A stretch of 64,000 bases of DNA from Neoechinorhynchus agilis (lineage: Eukaryota; Animalia; Acanthocephala): assembly GCA_051530055.1 (NCBI GenBank), contig CM121343.1:94389-158388 (forward strand), read 5' to 3'. This document shows, in pieces, positions 1 through 24,711 of this stretch. The position numbers and the translations under genes were made by a program. Each line of letters starts with the position of its first letter. The stretch's first letter is position 1. The notes beneath the pieces are model-generated. The model searched no databases. It was not told the DNA's origin and saw only the letters and a program-made list of their open reading frames with translations.

Positions 1-1010
1 AATCATCGCAAACCTACTAAATCCAGCCATTTGACTGACCAATTTGTCGAGTCGTTCGACCTAATATATTCGTTTTGATGAGTGTTTTGAGTTAGAGTGC
101 GAAACAATTCTGAAGAAGGCTAGCGGCCGAAAATTCAATTCGCCAATCCTACAATAAATGTGGAACTTATATTCAACTTACTTTTTCGTGGTCATTATCA
201 AACAAATGTAGAAATGAGGCCTGAGTCCCTGTGGTTCCTTTGACTCCAAGGAATTTTAAAGAATCACGGACTCGTTGAAAGTTCTCTAGATCCGTTACAA
301 GATCCTGGAGCCACATACAAAACCTTTTTCCAACCGTTGTTGGTTGAGCAGGCCTGCATCGAATCGTAACGAAAAATCAAGATCATCTTTGAGTTACATA
401 CTGCATGTGAGTATATCCCAATGTTGGAACACATCGATAACTTACACTGAGGCATGCAAGTGTACGGATGCATTTAGCGAGCTTTTTGGATAGAAGCTGC
501 AAAAAGAGTACAATAGGACCAAAAAAAGAACATACCTTCCTTAAAAGAATGTTAAAACCATCACGAATCGCCATTAGATCCTAAAAATGAATGTAACTCT
601 ATCAAATAGTCCATTTTTGGGCTCACTCCGTTATCGACCACAAACGCTGAGGTGGCACCCAAGTGGATTATTGGAGCGGCTCTCGGACACGCCTTTGAAA
701 ACACGGCAATGTGAGCCATCACATCATGCCTACGTTTCTGTTCTTCTACTCTAGCGGCTTCGAAATCAATATTAGTCAAATTTGATTCCATCTCAGCTAT
801 CTGCTCGTCGCTAATTCGAACACCCAGTTGCTTTTCGGCCTTAGCTAACCAAAGCCATAACCGTCGCCAAGTAGAAAATTTCTGAGCATCACTGAAATTT
901 CTTGACATTTCAGCGCTGCAGTACCGAGAAACTAAAGGAGTTCGATATTTCCATACTTCTTCGATCACTGCTGTATCCCTTTGATTTTCAACCATGGTAA
1001 AAGCACTCAT
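1..1010 (-). CDS. ADSL: Adenylosuccinate lyase, 5' portion (at least 5 exons; continues beyond the left edge)
   Basis: Spliced translation gives [86 protein letters not shown], the eukaryotic ADSL N-terminal half, with GT-AG introns. Confidence 0.96.
106..140 (+). ncRNA. Minimal type I hammerhead ribozyme motif in an ADSL intron (antisense to ADSL)
   Basis: AAUU-CUGAAGA-A-GGCU(agc)GGCC-GAAA-AUUC-AAUU: intact core, 4-bp stem I, 4-bp stem II, palindromic AAUU stem III, UUC cleavage triplet. Confidence 0.75.
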
Positions 1011-1753
1011 CCGAGTCTGAAAAAAAGATCAACACTATGAATTTACCACTCAGTCGAATTCTAAAAGACCTTTAAAGGAAAATCGTTTTCGAAGACATTC
1101 TATGATCTTACCAGTTCGAAGGACTTACCTCGTGGATATTCGGACAGCTTCCCCATTTCATCAAAAAATCCCCAACTCACTGATGCTACTCCGGAAGTCT
1201 TACAACTCACGATAATTTTGTCAAATGAAAAAGCGCCATGAGTTTAAATTTATTTGAACTCATGGATTATTGGTGCTTAGATGGATTTCATTCGGCATTG
1301 AGCTTTTTGGTCGCAGGACCTCGAAGATGCAATCAATCACGAAATTTTTGTTCCATTCACATTATTCCGATAATCTGCTTTCGAAAACACGAATTGAACA
1401 CCTCGACAAAGTCTTTAATGGAAAAATCGTCAAAGTCTTAATATCCGAAATCGAAGGAGAATCGTAGGAATCTTATAAACCTCAAAATCTATCGCTCTCG
1501 GTCCAATCTTGGAAATGGATCCAGAAAGATTTATTACAGATCGCTCCACAAATTTACAGATGATGGAATTAATTTGAGAAACTTTTACTCGAAAGTATGA
1601 AAATTATAATATTTTGTTGCATTTTTTTGTTTGAAAAATAAATTTCTTATTTAAAGTCCTCGACTTGACATTGCTGATGTGTCACGGTCCCTCGAGATCT
1701 GGTCTCAGGGAAAGGAATTGTCCCGAACACCATTTCGCCGCGGCCACAGCTCC

Positions 1754-2170
1754 GTGAGTTTGCAATAGGGTTCGGCCCTGAGCCCATTCTTGTTCACGAT
1801 CGTAACGTCCTAGGAAATGCGGAAAGAGAAATGAACCCGCCATGGACGATTTGGTACTCACAGCCATGGACGCGCTCAGAAATTTGCTGGGGAACAGCGA
1901 TTAGAAGGCAAAGGATTGAGAATGAGCAGGCAAGGAACTCAGACCGAAAAGATCTTCAAATATTTGGGCAGCCTGTTGAACATGCAATGTGAGCTCGAAC
2001 CAGAGATCGGACAACTGGAGGAAGACAACAGGCATCCTTTGCGATAAGCGTCTTTCGAACAAGCTCAAACGGCGGATGTACAGCGACCCGCCATGATCCA
2101 CGGAGCAGAGAAGTGGGATACGAAGAAGGAAGACGTTCAACGATTAGCCGTCAACGAAATGCGGATTGTC
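1754..2170 (+). mobile_element. Decayed RTE-clade non-LTR retrotransposon reverse-transcriptase fragment
   Basis: Collinear RT motifs with stops and frameshifts: VSLQ*GSALSPFLFTIV, DDLVL, FKYLGSLL, WRKTTGILCDKRLSNKLKRRMY, RPAMIHGAEKWDTKKEDVQRLAVNEMR. Confidence 0.85.
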
Positions 2171-4475
2171 GATCCGAAAGGCCATTAAGGAAGCTGCCGA
2201 ACAATCACAACGTATGGGTAATGCGGATTATCTCCTTCGAATGAAGTTTTCTAAAGCGCTAAAAAGCAAACACTTTGACTGATCTCATCTATTTATGATT
2301 GCGAAAACGGACGTATCGATTGTCTCCTTTAATTATTCATCTCGACTACTACCATAAATATTTTAGAGAAATACAATGTTATGCAACCGAATGTTTGAAT
2401 GGAATTTTCCAAAGACAATATGAAATCTATTTGTATATTTTATTAAAAAAAGATGGTAGTAGGAGATAAACAAGCCCGGTTGCGTTCTTGTTGAACTTTA
2501 CTCATGTGAGGAATCATGGGTTTGAATTTTATTCAGATTGGAAATCATTTTATGCGAGTAGGCCTCAAATCGCTGAAATTGTGAATTACTTGAACAGCGT
2601 AATTTTTTAACCCATAAATAATAACAAACATTTAATAATAAAGTGATTTGATACCTGTCGATGATAGGAGAATATATAACTCTTTTTTTCTGTAAATAGA
2701 AGAGTTCCAGAAAAAATATGGGACAATGCAATGAAATATCGGGATTTTATCATATCCGAACTTTGATATTTTATCAGTCATCGACGTGGTTTTTCAACTG
2801 ATGTCCGAAGGATATGGAAATTGTAAATGGTACCACTCGTAAGTTGTTGTGTGAGGTCTAAATCATGATTATTTTTAAGGTTTGATTGAGTAACAACAGT
2901 ATTTAGCTTTTGAGGCGAACTATATTGACTGCACAACGAAGAAACTTTCGACTTGGAGGAGTTTGCTCGTGCATGAGATGATGTGATTAAATCATTCTAG
3001 TTTGGCAAATTTTAATTCGATGAGTTCAGTTGTAGAGCCATGTAAATCTGCAGCCAAATGGTCTGATTAAGATTGAAGTATCTTTAAGGATTAATTCATT
3101 TCGAAACTGAGCACCAACTTTTTACCACGAAAAGTTCTATCCCACCTATTTTAGCATAAAATCGCAGGCGGATTATGAAATAAGAACGTAAAAGGTTCTT
3201 TAACTATACTTTATTTCGACTATTTAAAAAACTTAACATATAAATGGCAGTACGCATTCCAATCTCCCTTTTGCGTTGTTCTATGATTAATATAATCTTC
3301 ATTTATTTTCGGTTATAGCTCAAAAGCACATTTGTTGACTACCGAAATTTTGATGTGCATACCTCAGGGTGGAGAAAAGTTATAAACAACATTAACGAAA
3401 TTCTTTAACATTCTAAATTCATGTATGCACCATTTTGTAACCTTCAAGGAATTTTTTTCAGTTGTCGAAATGCTGTTTTTCCAATCATCGATTGTAATTT
3501 TGTTCCAATTTTCATTTTTTTACGATAGAATGAAATTTATCAGGGCACTACACGACTTCGTTTTCATTTTTCGCATCAGTGAGTCCGTTGATGCTGTTTT
3601 TGTAGTCTAAATTTAAATTCCACGAGTACAATTTACCCAAGTTCCGTTCGTGCCATAAAAGAAGTAATATTCTTCAACATGTAAAGCGAAATTCTTACTC
3701 TCAGGTCTTGTATGATTTCGCTTTTTAAATTTTTTACACACTCTAACCAATTTTTTACCAAAAATGTAGTATTGATTCATGAATTAGGACTAGTATTCGT
3801 CTGGCTTAATCACGGTAACTCTCCACCTCAAGCACTCTAAATTCTAAAGTATACTATTTGGCATTTTTGAGCCTTGTTAGTAATGAATTTTTCTTAGTGG
3901 TGGGTTCTCCCTTTAGCACTCTTATATTTAATGTATACTTTTAGCATTGCATGCCACCCTAATCGAAACGGTTTCAAAAAAGTTATGTGCCGCCATAGTG
4001 AACTGTGGTGGCTGCCATGCGACTGTTGAGATACCGTCAAGAGAAAAATTTCGTAATCAGTAAGACCAATTATGGCAGTAAAAGGACTTTAAATTTTAGG
4101 AATCAATTTTTACCTCTTTTTATGACAAGCGAAAATTGAGGCTGGATGCTAATGAGTTCGAACAACATTAAAGCTTATTCTAGCTCTTTTAAAATCTCGT
4201 ACCGTAAATTTAAGTAAAAAAGACTGTCTTATGTGTGTGTTTTCGCTTTTCCCCGCTCTTTGACCAGTGGTTTCTCATCACATCTTGATATTAGATAGTG
4301 GATACTGGCCGGAATAATGTCATTTGCTGATGATTTTACGGAATTAAATAAATCACAATTGCCACAATCGAGAAGAGATGCCATCAATTTGTCGGCATCC
4401 AAGGAGGTATTCCTTACTCATGCTCTATTGAAAATGAAGGAAGCTAAAAAAAGGTAAAGAAATTAATCATTATTG

Positions 4476-4701
4476 TTTCAATTTCACCTAGCGATATTCA
4501 CTCAGAAAATTGATTTATATTGAAAATTTTCGGCCTTTTCGTTGGCCTTCTTCAGTCAGATCTAGAATGTTTCCGAAGAAAAGTTTCTAGTAAGCTTTGT
4601 AAACTTTTCTTCGGAAACATTCTAGATCTGACCAACGAAAAGGCCGAAAATTTTCAATATAAATCAATTTTCTGAGTGAATATCGCTAGGTGAAATTGAA
4701 A
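4476..4701. repeat. Fold-back (long inverted repeat, ~105-bp arms, 14-nt loop)
   Basis: Arms match almost perfectly. The right arm lacks 9 nt (TGAAGAAGG) present in the reverse complement of the left arm. Confidence 0.9.
4521..4558 (-). ncRNA. Minimal type I hammerhead motif in the left arm of the fold-back
   Basis: UGA-CUGAAGA-A-GGCC(aacgaaaa)GGCC-GAAA-AUUU-UCA: intact core, perfect 4-bp stem II, only a 3-bp stem I. Confidence 0.62.
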
Positions 4702-5316
4702 AAATTAAAGCTAAAAAAAGGTTCGTTATTCCCCCCGATTCGAAAAAACAACTGCTACTTGGTCTTTTTTTGCGTAAATTCACTCGCTTCCATCCAGGAA
4801 AAACAAAAAAAAATCAGAAATAACTCATTCTTTTACTCTAAGATTTTTCGCCCATCCAATGTGCCATAAACCCACCACCAATGAAAGAGAAGGTTTTGAT
4901 GTTTAGCATTCTGGGAAATCGTTCGTAGTCCTACAAGTTTCTAAAACACTTAACTTTTCTCATATAGACGGTTTTGCTGCATGTGATAGAAGTTGCATTT
5001 TTTGCACCAGAATGCAAAGCTCTCAGTTGTGTTCCATGTATTGTAACACTAAAATGCGAGAAGCTTCAACCATCGATTCCGTGTGTCATATATGACGCCC
5101 CCGAGGAGCCCGGTTCCGTCGTTCTGGTACACTGATATTGTCACTGAGCTCCGCAAAGATGGTGATGTCTTTGTAAATTCAGATTACAAAACTAAAGTTT
5201 CTCGATTGTGATCCGCTTTGGCAAAAATCGACCTAAAAATTCACGCACTACAGGAAAAGCGTTTACTTTTTTTTCTCATAAAATATCCATTTTCATTCGT
5301 TCTACTTAGAAATCGA

Positions 5317-19258
<13,942 letters not shown>

Positions 19259-19924
19259 ACCAATGGTTTTTAAATTTAGTGGACAAATTTTCTTTTAATA
19301 ATTTACGAGCCGTTGGTGAATGTAAATCATCCTAAGCGTGGTTGTTGTATAAAAGTAATTGAACAGTTGTCAACTAGTGGTGCAGATATTTTATGCACAA
19401 GCTCAGATTCAAGTGCTTCTGATCCATAAGATACAATTTCGAATGGAATGCGTGCTCAAATAAATAACCCATATTTGCGGCGCGATTAGGGACATTAGTC
19501 ACGTTCTATAGCATCTTTAGTTGCACTTTGCGAATAAAAGGTGTACAATTGCTATAACTATTTGAGGAATTTTGTAATTGATGTGCTGTCTGGCACAAAA
19601 TATTACCTTCCTAAATCGCCGAAAACTGACGGGTTCTTTAGGGCTTAACCGATGAGACATAAACCATACAATGGTGTAAGCATTCGAAAGCATGCTTTTA
19701 AGAGAAAGGGAAAAGAACTTCCGGTGGAATGGTCTTCAACTATAAAGACGAGAAATGATTGATTTTCCCCCGGAAAGAAGTTCGAAATCATCTTCATCAT
19801 AACGCACAGACATGAAAAATGTTGCGTTTACGAGACAGTGAGTATCGTCCATATAATCCGTTTCTCTACGTGATTGAATGTAAGTTTTTCTGATTGAAAT
19901 CCACCAAGCAATTGCATGCTGTGG

Positions 19925-20926
19925 CTAAATTACATACTGCCCATATTTCCACGGCTCTGATAATCTTGCAAAAGTCTCATCTTTTAACTTTTTAAGATTA
20001 TGAATAAGTCGTTTTGAATTATCGGCTGTTGATTTTGTGTTAGCATATTCAGTTTTTAGCTTCTCCAATCTTGGAATAACGCCTGCTTTGTCCATCAGCA
20101 TTTCAACTCGGGAGTGCTCGGCTAAATGACTAGTGTTTAGAATAGAGTGTAAAGTTTCACTATTAATATCCCGAAGATCATATCCTGTCTCAACTTGGTC
20201 CTCGGCCTTCCAACAAGCGGGCTTTTGATCTGCTCGTTTGATTAGATATTTGTATCGATTCTTAACGGAATCCGCTTTCACCTTTTCATGTCTTATGTAT
20301 GACTGCCCATAATAACCTCTTGGATTATCAGATTTGTTCAATAACATTGTTCTATAGCGAACGTCCATTTCAACATCGTCTCTTGCGGTGTTATAAAATT
20401 CATATGTTCTTGGTGATCTGAATCTTAAATTCCGTAATGCCCTTTCATAGTCAAGTTGTCGAAATTTGGCGCTAAGGGCACCGACCCGCTCTAGGGAATC
20501 GGCATACCGCCAAATGTGATTGTCAGAAGGACCATAGAAAGGATAATGTGAGCCAACGGACGCTGATTTCAAATAAAACGATGGGCTTCGAGTTGACCAA
20601 CCCCCATACGGATAATAGGTAGTGTGTGGTACTCGGTGGTACCAGTAAGAAGGAGTAAAGTAGGTTTTTCTGGCGGATCCAAAGTAGATGGGTGTTCTTC
20701 GTCCGATTCGCTCAGTGTAGCGGTCGTATACATCATAGTCATAAGTTCCGTATGGAACATAGGGTGTAGATGACCGTAGATGACCGAGGAGATAGCAATA
20801 CGAACTTCTGCCAGGTTCGACAGATCTTGATCTTTGAAATAGGTTGTGGCCGTCGCTACTGGCATGATATGCACCGCTTCCGTAAAATCCGGCGCCGATG
20901 AATGGACTGGCACTTCGGGCTCGCAT
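19925..20926 (-). CDS. Uncharacterised 333-aa Tyr/Arg/Ser-rich protein with RxxSxxP motifs
   Basis: Long single-exon ORF with a strong pyrimidine acceptor upstream (5'-UTR intron, ~20982-21232). Motifs RARSASP, RSRSVEP, RSSTP; helical C-terminus. Confidence 0.7.
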   Translation of the reverse strand: MRARSASPFIGAGFYGSGAYHASSDGHNLFQRSRSVEPGRSSYCYLLGHLRSSTPYVPYGTYDYDVYDRYTERIGRRTPIYFGSARKTYFTPSYWYHRVPHTTYYPYGGWSTRSPSFYLKSASVGSHYPFYGPSDNHIWRYADSLERVGALSAKFRQLDYERALRNLRFRSPRTYEFYNTARDDVEMDVRYRTMLLNKSDNPRGYYGQSYIRHEKVKADSVKNRYKYLIKRADQKPACWKAEDQVETGYDLRDINSETLHSILNTSHLAEHSRVEMLMDKAGVIPRLEKLKTEYANTKSTADNSKRLIHNLKKLKDETFARLSEPWKYGQYVI

Positions 20927-22108
20927 TGCTGGCGATCGGTGATAAAGAAAAACTCTAGAAGTGAGATGCTGTCTGGCACTCTGAAAGCGAGGGGGGGAGA
21001 ACAGCGACAGATGATAAGAGTCACTGATCTTTTCAGGAGCAATTCCAGTGGCGTGGTTATATGCCTTCCATTTTCAGCACCACCCAGCACTCGCTCACAT
21101 ATGTGAGCAGCATGCTTTGCATACGGGTTTTTTGAACCGACGTATAGTAATCGGATCCCCGCGTGGAAAGGTGCTGGTACTACAACTGAGATAAAAAAGA
21201 CGATGCGAGACAGAAGAGAACTGGTGCTTATACCTGAGTATTTTCGGCGCACAAGGGTTCTTCTTTTGTTTGAGATCCTCTTGTTAGTGGCGACAGCCAA
21301 GTGTATTATCGCGACAGCTATTTCGAAAAGGTGTCACATGCAAAAAAAAAGACTGACAAGGAAAACCCTAAGAAACAATCGATACCGAATTGGTATAATA
21401 TAGATTATAGGCTAAGAGTCGAACTTGTACATAGCGGATCAAGTGACCAATGTTCCATTTTCGTTGGAATGTGCTAGAGAATCAAAGTGTCAGACAGCTC
21501 GATGTGTGTATCATCGGCTCTATCTAGTAGACTCAATCTATATATCACGCCGCCCCGTTGAGTTTCAAAACATGATTAAAAGTGTTAGATACCCACGCAG
21601 CAGATCGAACAATCCACATGGAAGTACAGGATTTGTCACACTCTCTTGTTGAAGAAATTATCTCGAATACGTGCTATTAAAACTTAGTATACAGTGTTCG
21701 TTAGAATCCGGTCGACCGTTTTCAACAGTTCTCCAAAAATCTGTACGTTTTTGTATGTGTCGAAGTTAGCTTCTTTGTTCCTAAAATTGGAGCTTGTTAA
21801 AGAGCTTTTTACGAGAATTCGAAATGTAACACATTTAATATTTTCCCCTATAGAAATACCATTTCTAAGAAAAGCATAGAGAACATCTTTCATAGCAGAC
21901 GAGGCTTCGTTACCTTGCCTTTTTCCAATATTATCTCTAACCTACAATAAACTGTTCAAATAACATCTTTTTTTCTCCTATCGATTATGCTCGCCAACAG
22001 AAGTGGATGTATTAATGTTAAATTTAAGTAAAAATAAAATCACCGACATTTTCATCAATCAAACTCCCAAATAATTTTAAAAGGGTGTTGCTGATTCTCT
22101 GAGTGAGC

Positions 22109-23202
22109 ATGCAATTGACTTTATTAACATTGCTGATCAATGCAATACATGGTTTATGCATCGAATTTCAATATGAATCGAGTTTGTGTTCAATAAATCT
22201 GCGATGGTAAATTCACTTTTGGTATAGTAGGAAAAAACGATTTCTTGGAAAGGTTTGGACATTTTCTCAAACAACAAGCACCCGATATGAAAAGTGAGTG
22301 GCTACTTTCCGGTTTTCGTCGTTTTTTCAATCAATGCAACAGGATGCCCATATCCCGGTGGGCAGTTTATAAGTGGATTCTGCTACTACCTAAGCACGTC
22401 GATTCAACGTTTAAATTCTTTAAGTAAAAAAAACGCTTCAGAGCAGCCTTGTTCATTGATTAACGGAACAGCTGCTGCCGTTATGAATTACAAGGACATG
22501 ATTGTTTTGGTCGATTGGATTCGGAAATCAACCCTGCAGCAATCTGACGACGCATATTTCGTATCTTCACAAACCCAAGGAAAATTCTTGATGTCTTTAG
22601 ATCTAATTGACGGTATAAACATTACCAATATATCTTTAAAAAAGAAAAGTCCAAGTTTAGGAAAACTCCATTGGATAAATGGCGATGAAAAGATTAGAGT
22701 TGATAAATATGATGCTTTGAAATTCGTTTATTCATATGACCGTGGGACACGATTACTCTGTCCAGCCTTAGATATCCCAACGGATGAAAACGAAGAGCCA
22801 ATGTTTGTCACTGTAAACTGTGCTAACAAACAATTGCCAACAATCTGTAAAACTCGTCAGTGCAATTCATTTTGAATCGGCTTAAATTTAGTGTGTTTTT
22901 TCTCTTTCTATAGTGGTAAACCCTTGTTATAATAATCCGTGTGGAACTGGAAAATGCTTAAATGTCTTCAACAAATATAAATGTATTTGCCCACTTTTTA
23001 GAGCGGGTGTTCATTGCGAGAAATGTAAGTATTATATTGATTTTTTTGTGCCAGACATTCGTGCTTGTCACTTTTAGACAGCCAAGATGCCATTCAGACA
23101 TTGATCAGCCTTGGATTAATAATATTTGGACTGATTGTTATTTTAGTAAAGGAAATTCAACACGTTCTTCAAGTATGGAAAGCAAAAACTGATCAAGTGT
23201 AA
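22109..23202 (+). CDS. Type I membrane protein: signal peptide - C-type lectin domain - EGF - TM - short tail (5 exons)
   Basis: Exons 22109-22151, ~22228-22293, 22343-22855, 22914-23024 and 23078-23202 join in frame: MQLTLLTLLINAIH; CPYPGGQFISGFCYYLS..LHWING..NCANKQLPTICK; NPCYNNPCGTGKCLNVFNKYKCICPLFRAGVHCE; TLISLGLIIFGLIVILV; ends KTDQV*. Confidence 0.85.
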
Positions 23203-24711
23203 GAATGTCCTTCGCATTTTTTTCAACATCGATTCATTAACTCACTAGTTTATAGGATTTTTAACCGGAGTGTTTTCGTGGGGTTTTTTTGTAAATCGAA
23301 ATTAAACCATAGGTTATCGACGATTTAAACCTATAATGGACCAGAATACATCTCTAGACTTTCGAGAAGTAGTGAATTTTTTGATCACGTGTAAAATTGC
23401 AGTATATCTAAAAATTTATGTTAAAAACGAGGAGTTTATACTGCAGTTCCCAGAAAATACGATTGTATAGTTTTCATAATTGAACAAAGTTCATAATCGG
23501 TTATTTATATTCTCATGTTCTTGAAAATCCCTTTAAATAAGAGCGGGGCAGTAAATTACAACGGTCAAAAGTCCACTATATTGAACTTGTTCAAAAAAAG
23601 AAGAATTTCATCTACCTTTAGAAGACAACTAGCCGTTGTACTACTCAGAGTAGCAATATAAAAAGGTTACCTAATAACTTTGAAGTTAAACGCAAATTTC
23701 GTCTAATTGTCACCAGGAAAACTCTGGTCAGCGCCGAACGCCCATGACCGTACGTTTAAGAGTTTGTACATCTTTCTGGATCCTTAGATCCCCCGAGGAG
23801 GCGCAAACTCAAAATCGGGCAGCCGCCTGGTTAAAAAAGTAAAAAAAAATATGTATAAATTGCAATCGATATTGATTTAAACGGAGACACGGGAATGTTG
23901 GTTACGAATTAAAGTTTGAGTTTGACACTGTATGGACACGCCCATCAAGGATACTTAATAGCCTTTCGTTTCGTCCGCTCATTATCAGATGCGGCGTCCA
24001 TTTCACGTCTTGCTTCGTCTGTCGCTTTGATATCCGAGCTCCAGGTACCGCCATCTAAAATTATGGACATTTTATGTTAAAGATCGATGAGAAAGGAGTG
24101 GTGGACTTGGTGATCTCTCGATGAAATGTGTAGGCGAAGAAGGTGTTGTTCGACTACAGTATCAGCAGATGTGTTTATTGAGTAAATCGAATTGGGAAGG
24201 ATCCACATCAATAAATTCCCTAAGCAGACAACAAAATCAGGGTTATTTCAAGTCTCTTTTAATCAGACGGCTGAGATTGATTCGGGATGTGACAATATTA
24301 GACTTCCGTCCTCGGTCGCTGCATGCACCACGGCTCGTTTATTGACACCCTCTGTGCCGCCCCTCTGGTTTCAACAACACTTTTGCGTCCGCCTTGTGTA
24401 CTCGAGAATAGACACATTTAACTTATTAACACGCACTATTGTGCCAGTGGAGAACCGTGTTTAAGGGGTGTGGAGTCTCGTATCCTGTTTTTGATTGAAA
24501 TTTGCTTTAATTTACTCCTCCTCTCCAACCTCTTTCATTTGCCGTCACAGTATTACACCGATTTCCTCCTTTTAGACCGCTTTCTCCAAAGGAAAACATC
24601 AATGATCGTCCAACCAACCTGAATTTGCCGCTCAACAACTCCAATTGCATCTCCAAATTGATCAAAAGAGAAACCTTTTCGTCCTCACCAACATCTTCTT
24701 CTTCTACCGAC

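Noticed and set aside
1238-1467. Two short plus-strand ORFs upstream of ADSL
   Set aside because: No recognisable motif; they lie in the probable ADSL promoter/5' region.
4317-4406. Candidate first Cav2 exon (MSFADDFTELN...)
   Set aside because: Its phase-0 donor does not match the phase-2 acceptors near 5309-5333; cannot be supported without transcripts.
20569-21300. 243-aa ORF overlapping the Tyr-rich gene
   Set aside because: Alternative-frame shadow with a TTG start that spans a probable 5'-UTR intron.
23990-24000. CUGAUAA...GGAC-GAAA near 23965-24000 and CUGAAG...GUC-GAAA near 29545-29570
   Set aside because: Core or stem II is not formable; at most very eroded family members.
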